Of a DNA stretch of 64,000 nt, positions 47,815-59,585 are shown piece by piece (position 1 is the first letter of the stretch; each line of letters opens with the position of its first letter). The stretch comes from Pelomyxa schiedti (Eukaryota; Protista; Evosea): positions 1-64,000 of the forward strand of contig JAHLWZ010000579.1 of the NCBI GenBank assembly GCA_020536535.1, read 5' to 3'. The position numbers and the translations under genes are program-made. The notes under the pieces are model-generated. The model worked only from the letters and a program-made list of their open reading frames with translations. It searched no databases and was not told the DNA's origin.

Positions 47815-50800
47815 ATGGGGGACCGCAATCGTGATCGTGAGCGGGAGGGAGACCGCGACCGTGGGGTTCGAGCCAAGCCAATCTTGAAGAAGCGCCCGCA
47901 GCCGCCACCCCCACCGCCGCAGCAACCCCAGCCCAACGCGTCGCCGTCGCCCTCGCCCTCGCCCTCGCCGTCGCCGCGCCAATCTCCCTCGTCGTCGCCC
48001 ACCAGGTCCCCGTTTCCTCTGTCCCTGCCCTTGTCCGCCCCGCCGGCCCCGTCGTCCACGTACGCGACGGCCACACCAACAACCGGCGGCGCGGCAACGT
48101 CGTCCAGCCGCTCCGTCAAAATCAACAGCAGAGACGGAAGCGCAAGCGGCGCGCGTGGGAATGGGAATGGGAATGGACCCGCGGGCGAGGCTGCTGGTTT
48201 CGGTGAAGACTTGATGAACGATTCAGGGCCTTGTTCTCGCCGCAATACTGCCACTGATGCTTCTTTTTGCATGGAGAGAGGTTTTCGATTTATATATATA
48301 AATATTGTGGCAATGGCAGATCGATTAAGCCCCCGCTTCTTTTTTTTTTTTTTTTCTTTTGTTCTTTTGCTTTTTAAGTGTATATTTTGCGTTGTTGACA
48401 GCCTCGAACAGGCATTGAATTGCAGAAACTGGTGTTACTTTTCCTCAGAAGCAGTGGCTATATGCAAACGGCACATATGTAGTTGAGTACGTTTTCTTGT
48501 CACCTACCAACTACTTCCTGAGGTTTGAAGTTGAGTCTCAATTGCATTGCGATGTTGATTATGTTATGAGCTTACTTCGGTCCAATGAGATTGATACAGC
48601 TGACAAGTATTTGAGTCATTTCATTTGGTATCCCCCTCTTAACTCTCTGAAGGGAGCATTAAGTCTTTTACACTAGTGCAGAATCAAATACGAAGGCAGC
48701 AGCTGTGTACTTCATTATCCGGAGAGAGAAATTCTTCCGCGCCCTAACTTCCTGGTACACTGGAAACAAACAGCACTATCAACTAACAAAACTTAGCCTT
48801 GTAAATCCAAGAGACCCAACTATTGTTCCATTTAAATCCACTGAGCCCCTTGCCCCTGCCTGTCCCCCACCACAAGAAAATTCTTTGCATCCCCCAGGAA
48901 TTCACCCCTTCATTGACTTACAAGGGGTCCAGGGGTCTCCAGTTTTTAATATTATGGAAAGTGCAGAAAGTAACAGACTTCTCCTTCCTTCAGTTGCTGC
49001 TGCGCAATCAAAAGCGATTCAAATCTTCAACTATGAGTTGTGGCCACTAACCGGCATGAGGGAACAGGTCAAGTCCCTCATTTGGAGGCTGACTCTGGAT
49101 TATGCTGGGTCGACTTCATCCCCCTACAATTTCACTCATCATTTTCCAGGTTGCAAGAGTTACATCAAAACCAGGAACAAAATCAAAAAACCATCTGGGA
49201 TACGTTGGAGCAGGATTTGAGGGAGCTCTTGCCTGATACACTTCCACGAGGACTAGACAACAGATTAAAGCAACTCTGCACTGCCAGGTAGTGGCCCACC
49301 TTGAGAACTTATTTTTCCATAACCATGGCTCAGTGTTTACTTGAAGCATCTTGTTTCCTGTAAAAACAAACCCCTCTTCTCAGAAGTCAACTGGTCATTC
49401 CTCACTGACCACCAATGCCCAATGACTAGAAACTCAAGTGGGTATACAGCCTCTATTCATACATTCACTAAAGGTTCTAGAACACCTCCTCATTTCAGAA
49501 AAACGCAAAGGTACGGAGCAGTCACAATTCCTATCCAAAAAACCAAGGGTAGTTGAAAAACAGTTTTGTTCCAAGCCTGAGACTCCACATCAACAACAAC
49601 CACCAATCCCTCAACCACACACTTTCGAGTCTGCACTTCATTCATCTTCAATGGAGACTGAAGAAATTCAGTTTCTGAAAAAAACCGTGGAAACCCCACC
49701 AGAGCATGCTATTACCCAAGTACCCCCTCAGTCACAAAGCAAAATATCATCATCTAGTGTGCACCCACCCCAACTTGAACCACAAGAATCACAATCACCA
49801 GTACCCTGTTATACAGAATTTCACCCCACCCTTTCAAACATCCTTGCTTGTATGCCCTCGTTTTACTGAACTTTGTTCATACCATCCACTTTAGGTTCAT
49901 ATCCTTCAGGGGAGGTAAAAATTGCCACCATCCCAGACAATAAAACTCTTGCCGTCATTGATTCAGGACCTCTTCGCCGGTCTGCCACAAAGCTACATTG
50001 GCACCAATCAGGCCTTATATTAGGTGAGAATCCCTGTCATAGTGTTGTCTGTAATTTTCATCTAGGTGTGGTGCAGTCTTCTGGACCTGTTTGTCTTTAC
50101 ACTGTAAAGTACAGTGGCTCTGTGTACTCCCACACACTATTATGTCCTCTAGCGAGTCCCACTGAAGTAACTTCCTTTAGAAAGCTCTCTTTAACCATGA
50201 TATCAGACAAGTGATTTTATCTTCGACCCTGAGTCAGAGTACATTGCTTATTGCTTTATCCTTCCTCGATACTTACTTGTAAAAGTACTGTCGTGGTATT
50301 TTGTTGTGATGCAAACATGAGGATTTATCATTACACAAAGCAACCTAACTCGGGAGGCGAACTGGAGCCAACAAAAACAATATCGGTACTTGAAACATAA
50401 TACCATTGTATTTTGTGCCCTTGTCATCGCTTTATTAATTATTGCCAGACAGAAGAAGTGGATGTTATCAATACAGCGTATCTCACATTAGAAACTAATG
50501 GTGAAAATGCACTCTATTGTAAGCTCTTGGGAGGGTTCTCTAAGAGTGGGAAGCTGTGCGCCTATGATGGTGGGGATATTTCAGCAATGAAATGTAATTT
50601 GAGAAATTATCCAACAGAAAGGTATGCAGTGCTTTAAAAAAAAGGTGTTAATTTTCCTTCAGTCTCAATGGGCTACTTGTTTGGGATAAGTGCACTTCCA
50701 TCATTCTTTCAAAACCACATCCTGTTCAGTATAACTGGGTATGTTTCTGTTCTTAAAGTATCACATATCGTAATCTATGGCTTAACAAAAAAAGATCGAT

Positions 50801-52519
50801 GATATCGTAACAGTAGCCTACGAACATAAGTCTGAGTTCCAGCCACAGTCCCCCCACATGGCAGGAACTGTGTTGGGGAACCGGTACCTTGTTACCGGAG
50901 TAGGTTCTACAGTTACATTCTGGGATTTACTTGCGTCACCCACTTCCAAGAGCTCAGCTGACAAAAACGCAGTTGATGTTGTTGAGGTGTGTCAATGGCA
51001 CTGTTGTTGCCCTAATTCTTCACAGCCGATATGTTCCAAGGTTTTACCAATACCGCAAGGAGATCACATAACGCGCCTAGAAGCAAATAATTCTTCGACT
51101 CACATTCACGTGTTGACAAAGATAGGGTACAGTATGTCTTGGAAACATAGTTTAATTTAATGTGCCCAGAACTTCCATGATGCCTGTAGATCCTGCCATG
51201 ATGTCGTTGATCAGGTACTTTCCCTGTTACAATGGCTTTCCTCAACTGAGACTATGTCAGATGCCCATTTAGGGCGCAGTCTTTCTTTGCGCATGCTGTC
51301 CCAAAACCATTAGCTTTGTTTGACAGTCCTGTTGCTGCCCTTACTTTCAGCAGGCAAGGTATTTTTCACCGACAAATATCAGATATTTACTCTGCAAGGA
51401 AACCTTCTTGTGGCCTTGCTGGAGAATGGTAATGTGGTCAAACAATGTTGCGAACAGAATTCCCTGGCATCGGCACCTTGTATTTTTTCTGTTGCCACTG
51501 GGAGGAGCACACCCCTTCATTGGGCCCTCCATCAGCCTGCTGTATGCAATTTATTGGCTCTTCTCATCTAAAACATTTTTAGACTGAACCCGAGGCAATG
51601 ATTGTAGGAATTGGACCATCCTTCTGTGTTTTGAGAGAGGACTTGAAAAATCTTTTTTCTGTGTCTGATACGAAGATAACAGCTTCATGCATCTGGCGAA
51701 ATGACATCTTTTTTGCTGCCAATGTGTGTCTGTGTCACACTTTTTTTTTTCACCCCTTCAAAGGAGACAATTTATTACACAAGTTCAAGCTCTTTCTCCA
51801 TACACAAAAAAGTTTTACAACTCCCGACCAAAGTAACGGCACTGTACCATCATGTGGCAGATGAAACAGGGTTTTTAGTTGCTGGAGATGACACAGGGTT
51901 AGCCTTCCTTTAGTTCAATGCGTTCAATGTCACACTTAAAACGAATACTAGACACCTTCGGATTATACAATTGTCTCCTGGACCAGCTAAATTAGTAGCC
52001 AGCCTGAAAGATCCAAGTGCTGGACCTGAAAATGGCTCGCCTGTGCTAAGTATTCAAGCTCACGCCCCAGATGATTTGTTGGTCGTGGGAAGTCGGAAAT
52101 TATGTATGCACGCTAGTCTGTGAATTAGTAAAGTAACGGAGGTAAGCCTTGATGCGATCCACACAAACATTGCTCTCGCTGCAACACTTGAAATCCCTTG
52201 ACACACCTGAACTTGCCGGTGCTGCGTTTTCTGTATGTCTTCACTCGAAGGAGTAGGGTGATTAAACCCCCACCCCAGGTTGATCGCCAATACATATACT
52301 GCCTTCTCAAACTTCGGTACTATGAACAGTCCGGCACCATATGGGTGGTTGATGCCAACGTGTGTCTCCCCCTCTCTCAAAAGATAAACCAACAAACCAA
52401 ACAAACACCAAGCGCACCCCCAAAACAAATCTAACACAAGATACCAAACCACCCCACCCCCCAAAACCAACACACCAACCAACTAACTAACAATTCCAAT
52501 TATCCCACTCATCCCCCCC

Positions 52520-52556
<37 letters not shown>

Positions 52557-52776
52557 GACGCTGACCCTGCATCACCAAGTGCTTATCAACAAGAACCTGA
52601 CGCCCGGGGGCCACTGGACGTGCATCGCGGTGAACCCAGTCACTGGGAAGGTGGCGCTCGGCCGCGACGGCTCCACCCTGCTGCTCGTCGACATGCCGCC
52701 AACGCCGTCGGCGCCAGGCACGTCGCTCTGCGCCACTGTGAATTTGACGCCTGGGGGGCCCACCCCGGGCTTTTAA
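47815..52776 (+). CDS. TOPLESS/WDR26-like LisH-CTLH-(CRA)-WD40 protein with an N-terminal Pro/Ser-rich region
   Basis: LisH LQKLVLLFLRSSGYMQTAHM|FEVES; CTLH ADKYLSHF...YFIIRREKFFRAL (cf. TPL YLSGF...FEIRKQKYLEAL); CRA-like NRLKQL; C-terminal WD-like blades (VTGVGSTVTFWDL, WTCIAVNPVTGKVALGRDGSTLLLVD). Confidence 0.7.
52519..52554 (+). repeat. (CAA)12 microsatellite immediately before a probable intron acceptor (cag)
   Basis: Seen directly. Confidence 0.9.
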
Positions 52777-52955
52777 TTTCGTCGTCGTTGCTCAAATGTC
52801 CATTATGGCGAAGTCGCTTTTTCTTGTGAAACGCCGGGACACCACGGAGATGAAAGGGGGGAAAAAAAATAACCAACGCATAAACACAAAATTAAAAAAA
52901 AAAAAACAAAAAGCACAGCAACAAGCAAGCGTGAGATCCAGTTTCGTTGGTAGCG

Positions 52956-55700
52956 ATGGCTTCACTTGATCCAGAGGAAATACAAGATATGCTGCCAAGC
53001 ATATTGGTGTTGCAGACGGTCCTTCGCGGCTACATGCAGCGTCAGGAGTACGCCACAATGTGGAGATCGTACAAAGCTGGTTCGTTGGTGAAGTTACCGC
53101 CTCCAGCCTCTATGGTAAGTTTTATTACCTCCTTGTAATGTACGTGTACTAATCACCCAAGGCTGGTACGTCGCCGATTGCCACAACACCTACGAGTGAT
53201 GCTGTGAGTGTCTCAACTACTACTTCGCCGTCACCCGTAGACGTGAAACCAGCTGAAATTCCTGTCACTGTACCGGTATCATTATTTTATCTTTTGTGTT
53301 TTATCTAACAAGGATAGGTCGAAGTGGAAAAGCCAGCACCCACACCCGAACCTGAACCTGAACCTGAAGAGCCTGTGAATAGCCGTGACAAAAAATTGAG
53401 CCGTATTGAAGAGATGCGCAGAAAACGTGAGGAAGACAAACGAAAAGAAGAAGAGCGCAAGAAACAAGAGGAGGAGCAGAAGAAACAGCGTGAGTTGGAA
53501 CGAAAGAAGAGGTTGGAAGACGAAGAAAGGATTGAGAGAGAAAAGAAGGAAGAGCGTAAGCGAAAAGAGGCTGAAAGAATAGCAGAAGAAGAAAGGCTTG
53601 CCGAGGAGAGAAGAAAGAAGAGGGAGGCTATGCTCTCTGCTAAATTTGACGAAGATGTAAGTCCCACAATTTCTCCCAAACAACGACAAAAAATCTCACT
53701 TTTCCCAAGTCGGATCCAGAGGAAGAAACCCCTCCACCCAAGAAACAACCTGAACCTGAGCCTGAGCCTGAGCCCGAGCCTGAAATTGCTCCCACAAAAG
53801 AGCCCGAGTTGGAGACTGAGACTGAGCCTGATCCTGTACCAGCACCAATCCCTGTTATTCCTATACCCAAAATGCCGTCACCTGCCATCTCTGATACGAT
53901 GGAGGCAGAAGAGAAATCCGTTAAATTGTCTGTATCACCTTCCATACGATCCTCTGGTGATGACAAGTCCAGCCAATCACCTTCACCTGCAATTCGTTCT
54001 TCAGATGATGACACAAAGCCAGCAAAGCCCGCCTCCCCATCAGTACTGGTAGAGGTAACAAGAAATTCAATTTGTCTATAAAGATTCAACTTGTACATTA
54101 GGCAAAGCCTGAAGATGACGGAGAGCCAAAGAAGCCTCTCAGCAGAATAGAAGAAATGCGAAGAAGACGGGAGGAAGAAAGAAAGCGAGAAGCCGAAGAA
54201 ACTCGCAGGCGTGAGGAAGAGCGAAAACAGAGGGAGCAGGCAAGGCGACAGAAACTTGCTGAAGATGCTCGCTTGGATGAAGAAAGACGAGAAAAGGAGA
54301 GACAAAGGAAAGATGAAATGGCACGCCAATTGGCTGAAGAGGATACTGCGCGCCAAAAGAGGAAGTTGGCTTTGACCAATCTGAGATATAACAAGGAAGA
54401 AGGAGAAGAAGCTGCTGATTCTACTCCGAAGGGAGCAACACCCAAAGGAGCAAGAGTTTCAGAAGCTGCAGATACTACCCGGACCAGTGCTCGCTCTAGC
54501 ACTGGAGGTCGATCAGCGTCTCCATCCCCCTCTCCTTCACCATCACCTGCTGCTGCTCCGTCTCCACCTGTTTCCACGACTCCCACTCCGTCACCCAGTT
54601 CTCCTGCTACAACAGTGAAAGATGTTAAACCCCCATCTACAGAAAAAGAGAAAATTGCTCAGGAATCCCAAGAGCTGCAAGAAAAGTTTACCAAAATGAA
54701 GGAACAAGAGGAAAAGGACTGTGCTGCTAGAAAGAAAGAACTTCAGGACAAACTCGATGAATGTGAACAGTTCCTGGTATGCACCTTACAATATTTCTGC
54801 CAACTAACTTCGAGGTAAAAGGCTACTATGGAAATTTCTCCAAATCTCAGTGCTGAAGAAGACTTAGAACGCAGAAAACGACAAAGGAGTATTCGCAATT
54901 TAAGACTGGAACTGAACAGGAAGCTTATGGATGAAGATACAAGGCTACGCGAACGCAAAAACCAGCTTGATAGATTAAAGCGGGAGGCTGAACGTGACTT
55001 GTGGAAGGTAAGTGAGATTAACGAAAGGCTATCACCCAACAATTATATTTCAGAGACAAATGGACGCCGAACGCCGTGATGCACTTCGAACGGAGGAATT
55101 GCTTCGATCGGAAAGGGAAAAAATGAAAGCAAAGGACGCTGAACTAGCCAACGCAAGGATGGCTCGCCGGTTAGTTCCGAAGCCTAACTATCTCTTTCTG
55201 ACATTAGAAGAATTGAGGCCACAAAAATCGCCACAACTGCTGTGGGTGGGGATGATGAAGAGGCTGAACAACTCAAGGAGTACACTCGTTCACTGGATGA
55301 AATGCGCGCCGCTCGTGAGAGGTACGAAAAACCTCACTTGTCACGTTGGACTGATTTCATACACTTAGGGAAGAGAAAAAGAGAAGGGAGGAGAGAGAAG
55401 CAAGACAAAAGGCACGGGAGGAACAAATGAGACTGGAGGTACCCTTCCTCACTCATTCCGCCCTTTTAACTTTTTTCGCTTCAGCTGGAACGCCAAAAGA
55501 AGGAGGAAGAAGAGAAGCAAAAGAGGTTGCTTGAGATGAAACAGCGTGTCAATGACGTACGTCCAAATCGATTAATTCTTCAAGAAATCCACCAACATAA
55601 ATTCACACAGTTGCGCAACGCAAGCAAAGAGGAGAGAAGTGACAGGCTCGTTTACGACAGTCTCAACTACCGTTCCTACCGTAGCACCAGTAAATATTAA
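52956..55700 (+). CDS. IQ-motif protein with Glu/Arg/Lys-rich single-alpha-helix/coiled-coil segments and PE/SP-rich linkers
   Basis: IQ-like ILVLQTVLRGYMQRQEY; two LSRIEEMRR-initiated ER/K tracts; (PE)n and (SP)n linkers; several GT-AG introns; stop TAA 55698-55700. Confidence 0.7.
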
Positions 55701-55785
55701 ACAACATACCACAACGCCGTCCCACAAAGTAAGAAATAAGAACTTTATTTCTTTTGAACTCAAATGTAAGGAAGCGTTTCAAAAA

Positions 55786-56725
55786 ATGTACGATTATGAT
55801 TGCCGTTGGCCGTACTGTAACGGATCCCACAACGGAGAAACGAGGGAAGTAACAGCCTCAGGTTACAATTACACAGACGAAGGGGATTGGTGGGATCCTA
55901 CAGTAATGGGAGGGGACCTGTGGGTCCGCGTCTTCGATGCAGGCGCTTTGAGCCCAAGGGAGTACTTGTCTGTGCGCCTCACGTGCAAAGCGTGGAACGA
56001 TGCACTGTGGGTGATGGGATAGTGATGTGCTGTGTCTAGTGATGGCCCGCTTGTACTATTTGGTTCTGACTGAATTGACTTGTCGACCATATGTGTATGA
56101 CGAATGTTTGCTTAATAAAACCCAACAAACCAGAAAAAGCTGCGGTGTTGCACTAAGGAAAATTACCGAGGGGAATAGAACAGCTCCTTGGGAAGTTTAT
56201 GAGCAGGAATACGTTGGATACACACCAGCGCTTGCAAAGGTTGACTGGGTACCTGTTACAAAGTTCACCATTGGAAACGCCCGACTTTGGAAGGCAGAAA
56301 CAAAGCGGCTCAAAGAATTCAGCAGTAAGTACAACAGGGAGCTTCGCACCTTCAGAAAAACCATCTGGATAATCGGGCCAAACCACCCGAAATCAGCGCC
56401 ACTTGTATTGGAGAGCTATTCCGGCACCTGTGAGAGTTACACACTAACGCTCGGTGGCATTCAAACCGCAGATACCACTTCACCAACACCAACGAAGAAC
56501 GCCCCAAAGGCACTTCTCCAGAGCGCCTTGCATGTGGGAATCAGCAGCCATAACACCGTTTTCCCCTCAGCCACACCAGAAGAGTCAGCAGTAACAGCAA
56601 GGCACTTGCTCAGCTGCCTTGGGCTTCCCCAAACACCACAAATGTGGGCCATGTTTGTCAACAAGTTTGACTTCCAGCCACTCCATCACCTGTTTCCAAC
56701 CCGCCGAAAAAGCAACGGTGATTGA
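55786..56725 (+). CDS. F-box-like protein (2 exons)
   Basis: F-box-like GDLWVRVFDAGALSPREYLSVRLTCKAWNDAL, then an intron into ORF 56027-56725. Confidence 0.6.
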
Positions 56726-56899
56726 CACTACTTCTTCTTACGGCATCATAAAAAACTGCCTGTTGTTTCAAGGGCATCTCACTCTTGAGAGAAAAATGAG
56801 TGGATGGTGGTGTTTTTTTTTATTCCTTTCGTCATACTGGGGGCAATAGAACGTTTCTTTTTAAAAACAATCCTACTCACATGAGGAGAAGGCACCACT

Positions 56900-57295
56900 C
56901 TAGTTGTACTGTGAAAGAGAATGAGACCACAAGAAATGCATGATATGTAATTATTATGCGACACAATCGGAAAGGGGTGTTACCTTGATCCACCCAAGTG
57001 CTGTGGACTTATCGCGGAAACATCTTCTGCAGAGGTAGAGCCCGTATTTGCGAATTATAGCGTGATGGTTACCACAGCAACGGCTGAAGAGGGTTACTTC
57101 GGTTGCAAACAAAAAACGGCGACAAAACCCAAGCGATGAATGTCCAAGGACTTACGCAACGATAAACGCAACAAACAAAACCGACCGAGGGAAAAAAAAA
57201 AGAAAAAAAAGAAAAAAAAAAAAAAACGCAAACCATGTTCGTGAGCCACGTCCGAAATTGCGAGGGTGAGAATGCCACAAGTCGTCGAACCCCAT
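56900..57295 (-). CDS. RPS29: 40S ribosomal protein S29 (uS14), 3 exons: 57295-57234, 57083-56984, 56908-56900
   Basis: Spliced product MGFDDLWHSHPRNFGRGSRTCRCCGNHHAIIRKYGLYLCRRCFRDKSTALGWIKYN* (56 aa) matches the eukaryotic S29 consensus SHPRxFGxGSRxC..C...IRKYGLxxCRxCFR. Not in the ORF track. Confidence 0.97.
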
Positions 57296-57487
57296 ATTTT
57301 AAAAAAGCACCACTACAATGTGTAGCACAACGCGGTCACGGGAGCACCTTCTGGCGGAAAGTTTAATTTGAAGAAAATCACTTACGAAAAGAAATACTGC
57401 TTTCCTCGCAGTTGCGCAGATCTGCGCAACTGCACCCTTCTAAACCCCTTATTTCTATTCTAACACCTCTTTCGAAATTGTTCGTTG

Positions 57488-58502
57488 ATGGCACTTAATA
57501 CCAGCACCAGATGCAGAACTTGCAGCCCCGCTCGTGTTCTCCCTCTCGCTCTCTTCGTGTGTCGCCTCTGCGGCAGCATCAATTATGGTTCCTCCTCCCT
57601 GCTCGGAGTTTGTACTGTTTTTGCAGGGTGGCTGCTCGGCCTGGTTGGCGATATCTCGCATTGTGAAGTGGGTGACTCCTTGGCTGTACCAAACTGGTTA
57701 TTCGATGTTGCGGTGTGGGACAGAAGAGGAAACGGGGGAGAGCGAGGAGAAGCTTACGGTGGTATTAAGTGCTTTGCTTCGGCAACCAACGGCAAGTGGT
57801 TTGTAATGTGTGGGAGCGTGATGTCGAGATGGGCTAGATTCAGGATTCTGGAATCTGTCCGTCACAAAGATACAACAGCAATCGGTTTTGGTACCACACA
57901 GGCCTCTTCTCCCAGGGGGGGCCTTTGAAATTGTGACAGTAGATCACACGGGAGAGAGTGAAAGCTGTTTTTGTTACTGGCAGCTATCGCTCAATAACAC
58001 AGTTCAAGATGAAGCACTTTCATTAAATCAGCCGCATCTGGTTTAAATTGATCGATATCGAACGCACCTTTCAATCCAAGAATACTCTTGCAGTGCGGAG
58101 CTCTACATATTCGACATGGACACACAATTTCAGCCACACTGAGCCGGTCCTTATAATGAGGAGGAAGAATGGTGTAGTTGTAAAGCCCAGTCAGAGTGTT
58201 GCTTTGGAGGTGGCGTCCACAACTGGCACTATCAAGCAGCTCACAAGCAAGTGGTCTCTGCCTTCTGCATTGGCTTTTCCACTTAGTATCAAGGGACTGT
58301 AACAACACTGACAGCCCACTGAGGGAAACGCAAACTGGCAACCTTCACTAGGACCAGGTTGTTGGTGGAAGTGGGTTCCTTTGTAGACAGCAGGCATATT
58401 CTCGTGGTGATTGATGCAGAGTCTGGTTTTGTTGTTGTGACCTTGGGAATTGACAACAGACTCTACCATAACCTGCAGGGCTCTCTGCTTCTGGTTCTGT
58501 AA
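57488..58502 (+). CDS. Hypothetical protein, probably a lineage-specific family
   Basis: Open exons MALNTSTRCRTCSPARVLPLAL..., IDIERTFQSKNTLAV... and TRLLVEVGSFVDSRHILVVIDAESGFVV...*. Exon joins are tentative. Confidence 0.45.
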
Positions 58503-58588
58503 CAGTTCCAACTACAGAATCTAATATTTCTTCTCGTAAATCATTGATTCACATACGAATAATTGGCATTATTTTCCCCGTTTGAACG

Positions 58589-59491
58589 ATGGGGTCACAC
58601 GAGGAGGACCCCACCCCACTGTACGTGCTTCTTTTCCCTATCGTTACAGAAGGAACCCACGAAAGTTCGGTCGTGCAACTACATGAAGAACTTGTGTGCA
58701 AGTGAGTGGAAAACACCACACCACAGCTAGTGACAAGGCCAGAAAGAGGAAAAAACGTACAAGAGCAAGAAAGGCCGCGTACGAATCTGGAGACGGGACT
58801 GGCATTTTTGCCCCGTGCAACGGTTCAAGGGACGTGCGCGTTGGAGGCAGTATGTTGATTGTGTGTTGTTTTCTATACATAGAGTAGTTTTCACATCGTT
58901 TTGTGCTATTATGGGTGCCCTTTCTCCCTTTTATTGCCATTGCTTATGCTCCCATAAGCCGATATCAAAGTGCCACTTGCATCACTACCCCCAGCGGCGA
59001 GGGATGTTTGCCACGAGCAGAAGTACAGGCTCGCGAGACTGAGCCGTGAGGCCAAATCTACTGGAGCCAGTACGCAGCTATTTGAAAATGGAGGTGACTA
59101 CAACCCTGATGTTGATGACCACGACGAAGACGACGATGAAGAAGAGGAAGACGAGGAGGCTGCCGATGATACTGGTGGTTGTGCCAAACCAAAAAAAGGG
59201 GGCAGTGCACATCTGCCTACAAGACTCACCATCGCCGATTCTGTTTCCGTATCTGTGCCAAAGCCATTCAACTGTGCTGAGAAGGTCGCACAGGCACAGA
59301 GCCTCTGTGAGCTGATCTCGTCTTTGCCAAATGATGCAGAGAGTAGTCTCAGGGTGGAGCTGTGTGCACAGGCAAAATCATTGGCAAACCAATTAAGGTC
59401 GGCAATAGAAACTTGCTCCGCTCTATCAGAACAAGAAATGCAAGACCTCCTCCTCCAGCTGCAGTGCCTTAACTCCGTTCTGGAATCCTAA
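58589..59491 (+). CDS. Hypothetical protein with an acidic tract and a C-terminal GAT-like helical bundle; 5' exons uncertain
   Basis: ORF 58970-59491 has DDHDEDDDEEEEDEE, then amphipathic helices KVAQAQSLCELISSL...ELCAQAKSLANQLRSAIE...MQDLLLQLQCLNSVLES. Confidence 0.5.
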
Positions 59492-59585
59492 ATTTTAATT
59501 AATTTTTTTTAAAAGAACAAGAGTGCTTTCTGTTGAAGAAAGAAGCTTCTTAATTTTAACAACAATATGGTTGTATTGTTCCTAT

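Noticed and set aside
56909-57233. Intronic snoRNAs in RPS29
   Set aside because: No box C/D or H/ACA motifs with terminal stems are visible in either intron.
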